Shown piece after piece: positions 46,222-54,835 of a stretch of 64,000 bases of DNA (its first letter is position 1; each line of letters begins with the position of its first letter). The position numbers and the translations under genes were made by a program. The notes below the pieces were generated by a model that saw only the letters and a list, made by a program, of their open reading frames with translations, made no database searches and was not told the DNA's origin. The DNA comes from Limisphaerales bacterium (GTDB lineage Bacteria; Verrucomicrobiota; Verrucomicrobiia; Limisphaerales; UBA9464), in contig CBDIPJ010000001.1 in NCBI GenBank assembly GCA_965283655.1, forward strand, positions 114,987-178,986, given 5' to 3'.

Positions 46222-47115
46222 TCATGCTCTTCCAATTCCCACCGACGACGACCTTTGGCCCATCGCGGGCCTGAGTTCGATGGGCTGTGGGATGGCTGCT
46301 GCCGAGCCCACCCCGTTCGTGCTGCCCCGACGGTACCCCGCCAGATCCAGAGTCACATGCAAGTAGCCGATCTCCCGCAATCGGGCGGCCACCTCCGTGT
46401 GTTGCTCGCCACGGAAGAACCGGGACAACTCCTCGACACCCAATTCCACCCGCGCCAGCGCCCCGGTGCCCGTCTGGTGATGCCGCACACGCACATCGAA
46501 ATACCCAAGGCCGCGCAGGTAATGCTCCGCCTCCTCGATCATCCGCAGTTTCTCCGGCGTGACCGATTCACCGGTCGGGATGCGCGAACTCAGGCAGGCC
46601 ATCTGGGGCTTGTCGGCCGTGGGCAGGCCCAACCGTGCGCTCAGCGCGCGGATCTCGCCCTTGGTCAACCCAGCTTCCTTCAACGGCGCACGCACCGAGA
46701 ACTCAGCGGCGGCCTTCGCTCCCGGTCGATGGTCCCCGACATCACTGGCGTTCTCGCCATAGGCCAGGACCGCGAACCCCTCCGCCCGCGCCAACGGCTC
46801 AAGCTCCGTGAACAGGGCGTGCTTGCAGAAGTAACAGCGGTTCGTCGGGTTCGCGAGATAGGCGGGATTGTCGAACTCCGCCGTGTTCACCACGCGCACC
46901 GGAAATCCAAACTGCCGACCCAACTCCAGCGCCTCCGCCAGTTCCCGACGCGGCAACGATGGCGAATCCGCGATGGCCGCCAGCGAACGTTCCCCCAGCA
47001 CCTCGAACGCCACCTTCGCGAGGAACACCGAATCCACCCCACCTGAGTACGCTACCAGGCAGGAACCGTAGCTCCCGAGCAACTCCCGCAACCGCGCGTA
47101 CTTGGCGTCCAACAT
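46222..47115 (-). CDS. larE: PP-loop ATP-utilising enzyme, LarE/TIGR00268-like sulfur transferase
   Basis: LVAYSGGVDSVFLAKVA (SGGxDS PP-loop), NRCYFCKHALF and MACLSSRIP motifs. ATG at 47115; the longer ORF is repeat-derived. Confidence 0.75.
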   Translation of the reverse strand: MLDAKYARLRELLGSYGSCLVAYSGGVDSVFLAKVAFEVLGERSLAAIADSPSLPRRELAEALELGRQFGFPVRVVNTAEFDNPAYLANPTNRCYFCKHALFTELEPLARAEGFAVLAYGENASDVGDHRPGAKAAAEFSVRAPLKEAGLTKGEIRALSARLGLPTADKPQMACLSSRIPTGESVTPEKLRMIEEAEHYLRGLGYFDVRVRHHQTGTGALARVELGVEELSRFFRGEQHTEVAARLREIGYLHVTLDLAGYRRGSTNGVGSAAAIPQPIELRPAMGQRSSSVGIGRA

Positions 47116-47183
47116 CCCCACGACCCTAGGCAACCCACCCCCGGGTGTCCACGGGCCACCTGCCAATGAAGGAACTTCCCATC

Positions 47184-47580
47184 TGAAGGCCGGGTGCCCC
47201 CACCTGGCGCAGCCAAAATTCCCAGCCCATGACGTAGCACTCGACGTCAGAGGGGTAGCAGACGACGTCAGGAGGCTGTGGAAGGGAGTTCGAAGTTTGA
47301 AGCCAAGTTTGAAGCCCATCACCACTGCCTCGTGACCTCGTCAGCTACCTTCCATGACGTAGCAGACGACGTCAGGAGGCTGTGGAAGGGAGTTCGAAGT
47401 TTGAAGCCAAGTTTGAAGCCCATCACCACTGCCTCGTGACCTCGTCAGCTACCTTCCATGACGTAGCAGACGACGTCAGGAGGCTGTGGATCAGGTCCCC
47501 GTTTCCCGGAATCCGCCGGGTGAGGGCACCCGGCCTTCAAACCAGAGGCCAAACTTGAAACGGAAAACTTCGAACTCTTC
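47184..47580. repeat. mosaic repeat region between larE and the pseudopilin gene
   Basis: REP-B 47184-47209 (+) and 47514-47540 (-), degenerate REP-C 47234, the 104-bp tandem array, heptad module 47551-47578. Confidence 0.85.
47255..47488 (+). repeat. perfect 104-bp tandem repeat, 2.25 copies: [REP-C type A]-42 nt-[inverted REP-C type B]-10 nt
   Basis: Units 47255-47358 and 47359-47462 are identical by eye. A third REP-C type A lies at 47463-47488. Confidence 0.9.
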
Positions 47581-47583
47581 CCG

Positions 47584-48315
47584 TCACTTCCGGTGCCACG
47601 TCCGCACCATGTCCGACGAGGTCGAAATCCCCGTGTCCGTGAAAGCCACCGCTCCCAGCAACTGCAACGGTCGCCGATCGTCGCGGTCCAGCCGATAGAC
47701 CAACGCCAACCGCATGTAGACGTCGTGCGGATCCGTTGCCGCGCTCACCACAGGGGCCAGTGGGGCCTGCATCAACTCCGCATTCGCCCCCACCATCGAA
47801 CACCGGCTGCCAATCCCGAACACCACAAACGATTCGTTGGCCGTCCCCTTCCGTGTTCCCCGTCCGAACAACGTGTCGGGATCGATCCGGGAAGTGTCCA
47901 GGATCGCCACATCATCCGCAGCAAACCCACCTGCGTTCACATCCAGCGCCTTGGTTGTGGACACCGGCTGCCACGTGACCGCCTGACCATCCGTTGCTGC
48001 GTGCATCCACGCTGTCGTGATCCCGAACCCGCGCAAGACCACGCGGTCCGCATTGTCCAGATCCTTGGGCCGAAGCTGTCGCCGCGATGCCGCCGGTATC
48101 CCCGCATAAATCGTGTACGGCGCCCCGATCAAGGAATCATAGCCGTCCGGGAACCTGCCGTGCCTCGTCCGATGGCGGTCCACCGCCTTCATCACCTCCA
48201 TCAGTGAGGCCCCACCGATGGCACCGCCCGACTTCTGCACCATCCCGGAGCCGTACGAGGAAACCATCCCGGCGATGGCACAGAGGATGGCGATGACGAC
48301 GACCAACTCGATCAA
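47584..48315 (-). CDS. GspG-like pseudopilin; leader peptide displaced by a 1-nt frameshift
   Basis: (G)LTLIELVVVIAILCAIAGM pilin helix, and AVDRHRTRHGRFPDGYDSL resembling the GspG core. An ATG at 48352 is out of frame by one G in a G-run. Confidence 0.65.
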   Translation of the reverse strand: MIELVVVIAILCAIAGMVSSYGSGMVQKSGGAIGGASLMEVMKAVDRHRTRHGRFPDGYDSLIGAPYTIYAGIPAASRRQLRPKDLDNADRVVLRGFGITTAWMHAATDGQAVTWQPVSTTKALDVNAGGFAADDVAILDTSRIDPDTLFGRGTRKGTANESFVVFGIGSRCSMVGANAELMQAPLAPVVSAATDPHDVYMRLALVYRLDRDDRRPLQLLGAVAFTDTGISTSSDMVRTWHRK

Positions 48316-48445
48316 CGTGAGGCCGCGCTGAAGAAAGACCGGGCGGCCCCATGCCGCCCGGGTGATGTGTTCGATTGCATGGGTTACCGACTGCTACGCC
48401 GGCAACCCCCGAAAGGTTACTGCTCCGCCGAAAAAATCTTCCGGC

Positions 48446-49411
48446 TCACGACGCCAGCCGCGTCAGCAGGAATTTCTCCAGCTTGATCGCGTCCGCCGCA
48501 AACAGCCGGATGCCCTCCGAGAGCTTCTCCGTCGCCATGGCATCCTCGTTGTGCATCCAGCGGAAGGTCCGCTCGTCCATCACCACCCGTTCGAGATTGG
48601 CCGCGTTGGCCGCACCGGCATCCAATCGCTTGGGAACAGTCCCGGCATTCGAGTCGAGATCCTCCAGCAACTGCGGACTGATGGTCAGTAGGTCACAGCC
48701 CGCCAACTCCAGGATCTGGTCCCGGTTCCGGAAGGACGCCCCCATCACTTCCGTCGCATACCCGTACTTCTTGTAATACGTGAAGATCCGGGTGACCGAC
48801 TGCACCCCTGGATCTTCCGCCGGCGCATATCCCGCCACACCCGTCGACTTCTTGTACCAATCCAGAATCCGACCCACGAACGGCGAGATCAGCTGGACCC
48901 CGGCTTCCGCGCACGCGACCGCCTGCGCGAACGAAAAGAGCAACGTCAGGTTGCACCGGATTCCGTACTGACGCAGGTGCCGCGCCGCTTCGATGCCTTC
49001 CCACGTGGAAGCCAGCTTGATCAGGACCCGCTCCCGCGGGATCCCCGCCGCCTCGTACAAGGCGATCAGGCTCAAAGCCTTCTCAATGCTGGCCCGCGTG
49101 TCGAAGCTCAGCCGCGCGTCCACCTCCGTTGACACACGGTTCGGAACGATCTTCAGGATCTCGAGTCCGAAGGCGACCGCCAACCGGTCCATCGCCGCCG
49201 ACAAGGCCGCTGCCGTGGTCGCCGAGCCCTGCCGGGCCTCCGAGACCACCCGATCCACCACTGCGGCGTACTCCGGCATGGTTGCCGCCTTCAGGAGGAG
49301 GCTTGGGTTCGTGGTCGCATCCCGGGGTTGGTATTTCCGCATCGCGGCAAAGTCTCCCGTATCCGCCACCACAATCGAATGCTGCTTCAGGCCTGTCAGA
49401 AGTGTGCTCAT
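48446..49411 (-). CDS. tal: transaldolase
   Basis: [38 protein letters not shown] and [14 protein letters not shown] (Schiff-base Lys region). Confidence 0.9.
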   Translation of the reverse strand: MSTLLTGLKQHSIVVADTGDFAAMRKYQPRDATTNPSLLLKAATMPEYAAVVDRVVSEARQGSATTAAALSAAMDRLAVAFGLEILKIVPNRVSTEVDARLSFDTRASIEKALSLIALYEAAGIPRERVLIKLASTWEGIEAARHLRQYGIRCNLTLLFSFAQAVACAEAGVQLISPFVGRILDWYKKSTGVAGYAPAEDPGVQSVTRIFTYYKKYGYATEVMGASFRNRDQILELAGCDLLTISPQLLEDLDSNAGTVPKRLDAGAANAANLERVVMDERTFRWMHNEDAMATEKLSEGIRLFAADAIKLEKFLLTRLAS

Positions 49412-49535
49412 GTGAGTCAAAGTCCGTTGTCGTTTCCGCCCCAAGCTAGCCACGTCACGCCCTTCGCCCAATCAAATCTCCAGCAGCCCCCCTGGGGGTT
49501 GCCGCACCCCGTACACGGTGGCACCTTCATCAGCC

Positions 49536-50354
49536 ATGTCGTTCCGAGATCCACTGCTGCTCCTCCGGTTGCCCAGGATGATCATGGTGATTTCGATCCT
49601 CCTGCTCACCCACCGGTCCGCCATTGCCCGGGAAACCCCGGACGCCGACACCATCATCCAGCGGTTCATCGCCCGCGCCAAGGCCGCCGCCGAGGTCGAG
49701 GCCCGCCAGATGATCAGTTACCAACGCCGTACCCGGATCGAGGAACTCGACGACGACGACTCCGTAAAGGAAACCCGTTCCAAGGAATACGCCGTCACCA
49801 ATCGCGCCGGACTCGTCCAGACCGTTCTCATCAAGGTCAACGACCGACCGCCCTCCGACGACGAACTCAAGTCGGACCGCCGGACCGAATCGGATGCCCG
49901 GCGGGAATCCGGTCGGCGTCGACGCGGCCCGGATTTCCTGGATGAAGCCCTCGTCCGACGATTCGAATACACTCTGGAAGGGGAGGAAACCATCGAGGGC
50001 CGTCGCGTGTTCCGCCTCGCCTATCAACCCACCCCGACGACGAACGCAGGCAAGGATGTCGACCGCATCCTGAGCCTGCTCCATGGTCAGATCTGGATCG
50101 ATGCGGAGGAGTACGAAATGGTGAAGGTCGAAGCCCGCCTCCGGTCCGCGCTGCGTTTGCTCGGCGGGATTGCAGGCGCCTTGAACCGCCTCGAATTTGC
50201 CATCGTCCGACGCCAGATCGAACCTGGCCATTGGGCCAATGTGCTGCTCACCACCCGCGCCGAGGGCCGGAAATTGCTCAGCTCATTCCGCGCCCGGGTG
50301 CAGGTGGATCAGGACGAGTTCCGCATCCAGCCCATCACGGCGGCGGCACCTTGA
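49536..50354 (+). CDS. secreted hypothetical protein (lipoprotein-sorting/LolA-like fold suspected)
   Basis: Signal-like N-terminus (LLLLRLPRMIMVISILLLTHRSAIA), a charged linker, then a beta-rich C-terminal half. No firm family. Confidence 0.55.
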   Translation: MSFRDPLLLLRLPRMIMVISILLLTHRSAIARETPDADTIIQRFIARAKAAAEVEARQMISYQRRTRIEELDDDDSVKETRSKEYAVTNRAGLVQTVLIKVNDRPPSDDELKSDRRTESDARRESGRRRRGPDFLDEALVRRFEYTLEGEETIEGRRVFRLAYQPTPTTNAGKDVDRILSLLHGQIWIDAEEYEMVKVEARLRSALRLLGGIAGALNRLEFAIVRRQIEPGHWANVLLTTRAEGRKLLSSFRARVQVDQDEFRIQPITAAAP

Positions 50355-50742
50355 GCGTCCGCAATCGCGCCCGGATGGGGCGGAAGGCGGGATGCGCCCG
50401 CAAATCCTCGAGGTCCGGATCGCTCTGCAACGACTGAACGTCCTCAAATCCGAGTTCCAGCGCCTTGGACAACTCCGCGGCGGCCTCCTCGAACTGACGG
50501 TTCAGGCTCAGGGAACACGCCAGGTTGTAGCGGATCTCCGGATCCGCCGGACGCAGGCCTTTCAACCGCTCATCCAACCGCAAGACCACCTCGACCCGTC
50601 CCAGCTGGAGTTCTATTTCGGCCAGTTCCTCGATGGCGTCCACATATCCCGGGTCACGCTCCACCAAGGCCCTGAGAAATCCTGCCTGGACCTCCAACGC
50701 CCGGCTCTGCACCCGATTCAGTCGTGTCTTGTTTCGCGCCAT
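50335..50742 (-). CDS. small TPR-repeat protein
   Basis: 135-aa ORF with TPR-like helices (IRYNLACSLSLNRQFEEAAAELSKALELGF). Confidence 0.6.
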   Translation of the reverse strand: MARNKTRLNRVQSRALEVQAGFLRALVERDPGYVDAIEELAEIELQLGRVEVVLRLDERLKGLRPADPEIRYNLACSLSLNRQFEEAAAELSKALELGFEDVQSLQSDPDLEDLRAHPAFRPIRARLRTLKVPPP

Positions 50743-50812
50743 CCGGCAAAAGCAATCTCCGGAAGTCCCTCTCCACCGTCAAGATCCCCGCTGCCCTGAA
50801 TCTAGGCCCCCC

Positions 50813-50879
50813 TTGAAGGCCGCGTGCCCTCACGCGGCGCATCCTTCAACCCCGCCGGGTGAGGTCACCCAGCCGTTCA
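50813..50879. repeat. REP-B pair (+,-), 40-nt spacing
   Basis: TTGAAGGCCGCGTGCCCTCACGCGGCG (50813-50839) and CGCCGGGTGAGGTCACCCAGCCGTTCA (50853-50879). Confidence 0.8.
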
Positions 50880-50897
50880 CCAACGGATCCCATCGCT

Positions 50898-51377
50898 TCA
50901 CACCTCCATCGCGAGGCTGTCCGCCGCCACCGCGCGTTCAAACCGGCGGGCCGATTCACCCCTCGGATCAAACCCCACCCTCGGCACCGCATCCAGTTGC
51001 CCCTGGATCCGGCTGATCAGGAACGCAAGCGACGACCGGACCAACGCCGCATGGTTCCGACGGAACTGGCGGAGCACCGACGCCTCCGGAGCCCGACGGC
51101 CAATCAGATACCGCAAACACCCATCCTCGGCGCACCTTGCTGCGATCTCATCGGCACCCACCCAACCCCGACCCATCGCGTACGCATAGACCGAAAGCAT
51201 CTGGGAAATGGTCACGCTTCCATCCTCGTTTCCCACGCGACCTGCGGGAGGTTCCGCGGCCTGCGCGGCCTCGATCGCCACGTGCATCAGCAGCACGGCT
51301 CCGCGCAATTCCGCCAGATCCTCCGGGACCAACGACACCCCGGTCCCCGGTGCGGCCTTCTGTTCAATCCAACCCAT
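50898..51377 (-). CDS. orphan transposase-N-terminal-like (DUF772-like) domain protein
   Basis: MLSVYAYAMGRGWVGADEIAARCAEDGCLRYLIGRRAPEASVLRQFRRNH resembles the N-terminal domain of IS5/IS1182 transposases. No DDE domain follows. Confidence 0.45.
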   Translation of the reverse strand: MGWIEQKAAPGTGVSLVPEDLAELRGAVLLMHVAIEAAQAAEPPAGRVGNEDGSVTISQMLSVYAYAMGRGWVGADEIAARCAEDGCLRYLIGRRAPEASVLRQFRRNHAALVRSSLAFLISRIQGQLDAVPRVGFDPRGESARRFERAVAADSLAMEV

Positions 51378-51446
51378 GCCCACACCCTGGCCGTCGCATG
51401 TCACGATCTGATGACAGACCCGTGAAGAACCGGAACCGCTTCACCT

Positions 51447-52688
51447 TCAGGGCGTCGCTGATTCCACCCACCCCGGGTCAAACTCCGCGTGCCGGATGTT
51501 GCCCCCTTCCTTCGTGCGCACGCTGTACGTGATGTGGATCCGGCCATTCCGGGTCTGGATGGCACTGGGATACCCAAAGGAATCCGTGTCGGGTGCTGCC
51601 TCCTCCAGCGCCTTCCGATGAGGCCACGTCCGGCCGCCATCCGGGGAGATCCACACGCCCAACCGATGCCGCCCCACTTCGGTGTCGTTCCCGACGTACA
51701 ACCATCGGCCATCCCGCAAATCGATCACGTCAGCCCCCGAACCCGGATTCGGGATCACGCTGTCACGGACCGCGCCCCACGTGGCTCCGTTGTCGGTCGA
51801 TTCCGCCATCAGCAACCGCTTCGGCGGCGGCCCATTGTCGCGCATGTAGGTCACCAGGGCACCATTGGCCCCTCGAACGACCGATGGCTGGATGTTCCCG
51901 CCGATCAGCGGAGCCGTCGTCTTCCACGTCGCGCCCTGATCGTCCGAGTACGAAAACAACGAGGTCGAGAAGCCGTCGTGGTAGAGCGGAACCAGGATCC
52001 GGCCGCCCGCCACCACCTGCGGATGCGCCCGCGTCATCCATCCCAACCGCAGGTATTGCTTGTTGGTGGAGTACAACCGGAAGGCATCCAGGTAATCCTG
52101 GACCTCACGCCGCGTCTGTGTCCCCCACGCAGAGGCCGCCGCCTCCTTCTCCAACGCGGGAACCGCCGCTGCCGCCGCCGCCTCGAACTCCGGGCCGGGT
52201 GTCACATGCAGGACTTCCTGATGCTCCCATCGTGGCACCCCGGACCGTCGATAGTCGCGACTGATGTGAACCTTCATCAGCGCGCTTTCCCACAGGTTCG
52301 CGAGGATCGTGGGGTACATCAGCCACAACCGCTCCTCCGCATCCACGAACAGGCACGGATTCGTGTCCGGGTAACCGGGCGTGTCCGCCATCACGAAACG
52401 GGACTGCCATGCCCCACCGCGCCGCGCCCGCCGGGCGCCCTCAATCCGGACATCGTCCGATTTCCGCTCGCCGGACCCATGAAACCACGTCGTCAGCAGC
52501 TGGCCGTCCGGCAACTCCACGATGCAGGAACCGTGGTTGTGCCAGCTTTCCGGCGGAAACAGGTCCTGCCGAACCGGAGCCAGCGGCTCCACCGCTCCGA
52601 GTTCCAGCCATCCAAGCACGCCCAGGACCAAGCACGCCGTCCGCTTCCACCGTGATTTCACAAAGGCATTCATGGTCACGGCGGACAT
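51447..52688 (-). CDS. BNR/Asp-box repeat sialidase-like glycosidase
   Basis: Signal peptide plus Asp-box motifs SDDQGATW, STDNGATW, SPDGGRTW. Confidence 0.75.
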   Translation of the reverse strand: MSAVTMNAFVKSRWKRTACLVLGVLGWLELGAVEPLAPVRQDLFPPESWHNHGSCIVELPDGQLLTTWFHGSGERKSDDVRIEGARRARRGGAWQSRFVMADTPGYPDTNPCLFVDAEERLWLMYPTILANLWESALMKVHISRDYRRSGVPRWEHQEVLHVTPGPEFEAAAAAAVPALEKEAAASAWGTQTRREVQDYLDAFRLYSTNKQYLRLGWMTRAHPQVVAGGRILVPLYHDGFSTSLFSYSDDQGATWKTTAPLIGGNIQPSVVRGANGALVTYMRDNGPPPKRLLMAESTDNGATWGAVRDSVIPNPGSGADVIDLRDGRWLYVGNDTEVGRHRLGVWISPDGGRTWPHRKALEEAAPDTDSFGYPSAIQTRNGRIHITYSVRTKEGGNIRHAEFDPGWVESATP

Positions 52689-52701
52689 TCCCCACCGATC
52701 C

Positions 52702-54102
52702 TTACCGCAACAACTGCTTCTCCAAGTAACTCACGGTCTGGCGCACATTCGCGTCGATCTCCATCCGGTCCTTCACCTGCCGGCACGCGTGCAGCACCGT
52801 GCCGTGGTCCCGCCCACCGAAAGCATCCCCGATCGAACTCAGGGACGACTCCGTCAACTGCCGCGCCAGGTACATCGCCACCTGACGGGGAAACGCGATG
52901 TTCTCAGGACGCCGCTTCGAGGTCATGTCGGCCAGGCGGATGTCGTAGTGCTCCGCCACGCGCTTCTGGATCGAATCGATCGTGATCGTCTGCCGCCCCT
53001 CCTCCTGAAGGATCTCGCGCAGCAATGACTCCACGGTTTCCAGTGTCAACGGACGTCCCGTCAACTGCGCGTACGCCGCCACACGGGTGAACGCTCCTTC
53101 CAGCCGACGCACGTTGGTCCGGATCCGCGCCGCCAGGAAATTCGTGATCTCCTGCGGGATGGGGAAGCCCAGGGCCTTCTCCTTCTTCCGAAGGATGGCC
53201 ATCCGCGTCTCCACATCGGGCGGCTGGACATCCGCGGTCTGGCCCCACTCAAAACGCGAGATCAACCGCTGTTCCAGTCCGCGGATCTCGTTCGCCGGCC
53301 GATCGCAGGACAGCACGATCTGCTTCCGCGCCTCATGCAGCGCGTTGAACGTATGGAAGAACTCCTCCTGGATCCGCTCCTTGCCGCCCAGGAACTGGAT
53401 GTCGTCCACCAGCAGTACATCCAGCATCCGGTACCGCCGCCGGAACTTCACCAGCGAGTTCGTCTGCAAGGCATCGATGAACTCGTTCATGAAACGCTCG
53501 CAGCTCAGATACGCCACCCGCGCACCCTTTCGCCCCTGGAGTACGTGATGCCCGATCGCGTGCAACAGGTGCGTCTTGCCAAGCCCAACGCCGCCGAACA
53601 GGAACAACGGATTGAAGGCCTTGCCCGGATTGTGGGCCACCGCCAACGCCGTGCTGTGCGCAAACTGGTTGTTGTCCCCGACCACGAACGTCTCGAACGT
53701 GTTGTTCGGGTTGAAGGGCGGCTCCCCGCGCGCTCCCGTCACCACTTCGGATTCAGCCTCCACCTTCGGCTTGGATTCCACCGGCGGGGCCTCCGCGGCC
53801 TCCACACCCAACCCGGGAAGCATCAGGCTCTCCGAGGCGGGCGCCCGGGTGCCCGCGTCCACCAGGAATTCCACCTGCATCGGACGTACCGCCGCCCGGC
53901 TCACGACCGAGCGCAGGAGATCGAGATAGTTGTCCCGGAGCCAGAGCTCGCAGAACTCGTCCGAAACCAGCAGCTGAAGCGAGTCTCCCTCGGTCTGGCC
54001 GGCGCGCACCGGAGCGAACCACAAGGCATAGATCTCTGCCTTCAACATGCCCCGCAGGAGTTCCTGCGCGGCGGACCAGATGACTTCTGCGTTGAGCGAC
54101 AT
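52702..54102 (-). CDS. dnaA: chromosomal replication initiator protein DnaA
   Basis: AAA+ core GGVGLGKTHLLHAIGH, LLVDDIQFLGGKERIQEEFFHTFN, and C-terminal DNA-binding domain (FPRQVAMYLARQLT...GGRDHGTVLHA). ATG at 54102; TTG at 54114 also possible. Confidence 0.95.
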   Translation of the reverse strand: MSLNAEVIWSAAQELLRGMLKAEIYALWFAPVRAGQTEGDSLQLLVSDEFCELWLRDNYLDLLRSVVSRAAVRPMQVEFLVDAGTRAPASESLMLPGLGVEAAEAPPVESKPKVEAESEVVTGARGEPPFNPNNTFETFVVGDNNQFAHSTALAVAHNPGKAFNPLFLFGGVGLGKTHLLHAIGHHVLQGRKGARVAYLSCERFMNEFIDALQTNSLVKFRRRYRMLDVLLVDDIQFLGGKERIQEEFFHTFNALHEARKQIVLSCDRPANEIRGLEQRLISRFEWGQTADVQPPDVETRMAILRKKEKALGFPIPQEITNFLAARIRTNVRRLEGAFTRVAAYAQLTGRPLTLETVESLLREILQEEGRQTITIDSIQKRVAEHYDIRLADMTSKRRPENIAFPRQVAMYLARQLTESSLSSIGDAFGGRDHGTVLHACRQVKDRMEIDANVRQTVSYLEKQLLR

Positions 54103-54114
54103 GAGGAGCGTCAA

Positions 54115-54835
54115 GAGTTGGCAGGATCAGAGCGAAAACAAGGGTTTATTCACCTGCCCGTGTTTCATGGCCGTAACAGGCATCCTTCCAGCGATTTGCA
54201 CCACCACGAAACCCATCGAACCCCACACGCCACGGCTCCCGGAACCCCGCACCACCCCCGGCAATTCAAATGCTAAATCGCTGATAAACATATACTTAAA
54301 TACATCCAAAACCACCGGCAACCGCCTCCGCCCGGACCCCGCCCGAAAAAGCAGGCCTCCACGGAGGGCGAGGCTTGTAGGTCACCCCCGCCGTTCGAAC
54401 GAGGGAAACATATTCGTCGTTGTTCCCAAGTTGTTCACATCCCCGTTTTACCCACGAAAAGCCCCAGTTTTTCGTTTTCGTGGCACGCCTCTTTCCACCC
54501 CGACCGTCCCCCTGCTTCCCCACTCTTCACAACCACTCCCCGTCAAGCATTCGATGCCCGGAATCCACCGGACAATCCCCGCCCCGCCACACCCACACCC
54601 ACCCGCCGCCGTCAAGCACGCCCCCAACTTCCGGCGTATCTGGTCACTGGCCCTCCGGAACCGGGCGGCGACGTCCACGTCACCCCCCAAAGTTCCTCCC
54701 CACGGCAATGAGGACATCGCCACCCCGCGGCCATGGTGGATCTGAAGGCAATGTCCAGAGGCGCCCCCAACCTTCCCATCCGCGTCTCGCCGCTTGCGGG
54801 AGCCGGTTCCTTTTGAAACGGTCGCCGGACTGCTT
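54115..54835. other. candidate oriC (dnaA-upstream non-coding region with AT-rich DUE-like segment)
   Basis: 720 bp without a credible ORF. Lowest-GC stretch of the window at 54263-54312. DnaA-box-like 9-mers TTATTCACC (54146) and TTGTTCACA (54431). Hairpin CCACGAAAA/TTTTCGTGG (54452-54483). Confidence 0.5.
54661..54727. repeat. REP-A pair (+,-) at the right edge of the oriC candidate
   Basis: CCGGGCGGCGACGTCCACGTCACC (54661-54684) and GGCAATGAGGACATCGCCACCCCG (54704-54727). Confidence 0.75.

Noticed and set aside
45512-47115. bioD-larE overlap (ATGA-type, 4 nt), considered as a novel cofactor operon.
   Set aside because: Only two genes, each from a widespread family. No larB/larC or other bio genes are adjacent, which is insufficient to claim a functional system.
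47226-47490. Regularly spaced short repeats that could be read as a CRISPR array, together with the REP-A/REP-B arrays.
   Set aside because: The 'spacers' are identical between units (104-bp perfect tandem). Repeats alternate in orientation, arrays have only 2-3 units, and no cas genes are present. This is REP/BIME-like, not CRISPR.
52702-54114. Absence of dnaN next to dnaA, considered as a sign of rearrangement or misassembly.
   Set aside because: dnaA-dnaN linkage is common but not universal, and nothing in the flanks (intact genes, no IS) indicates a breakpoint.
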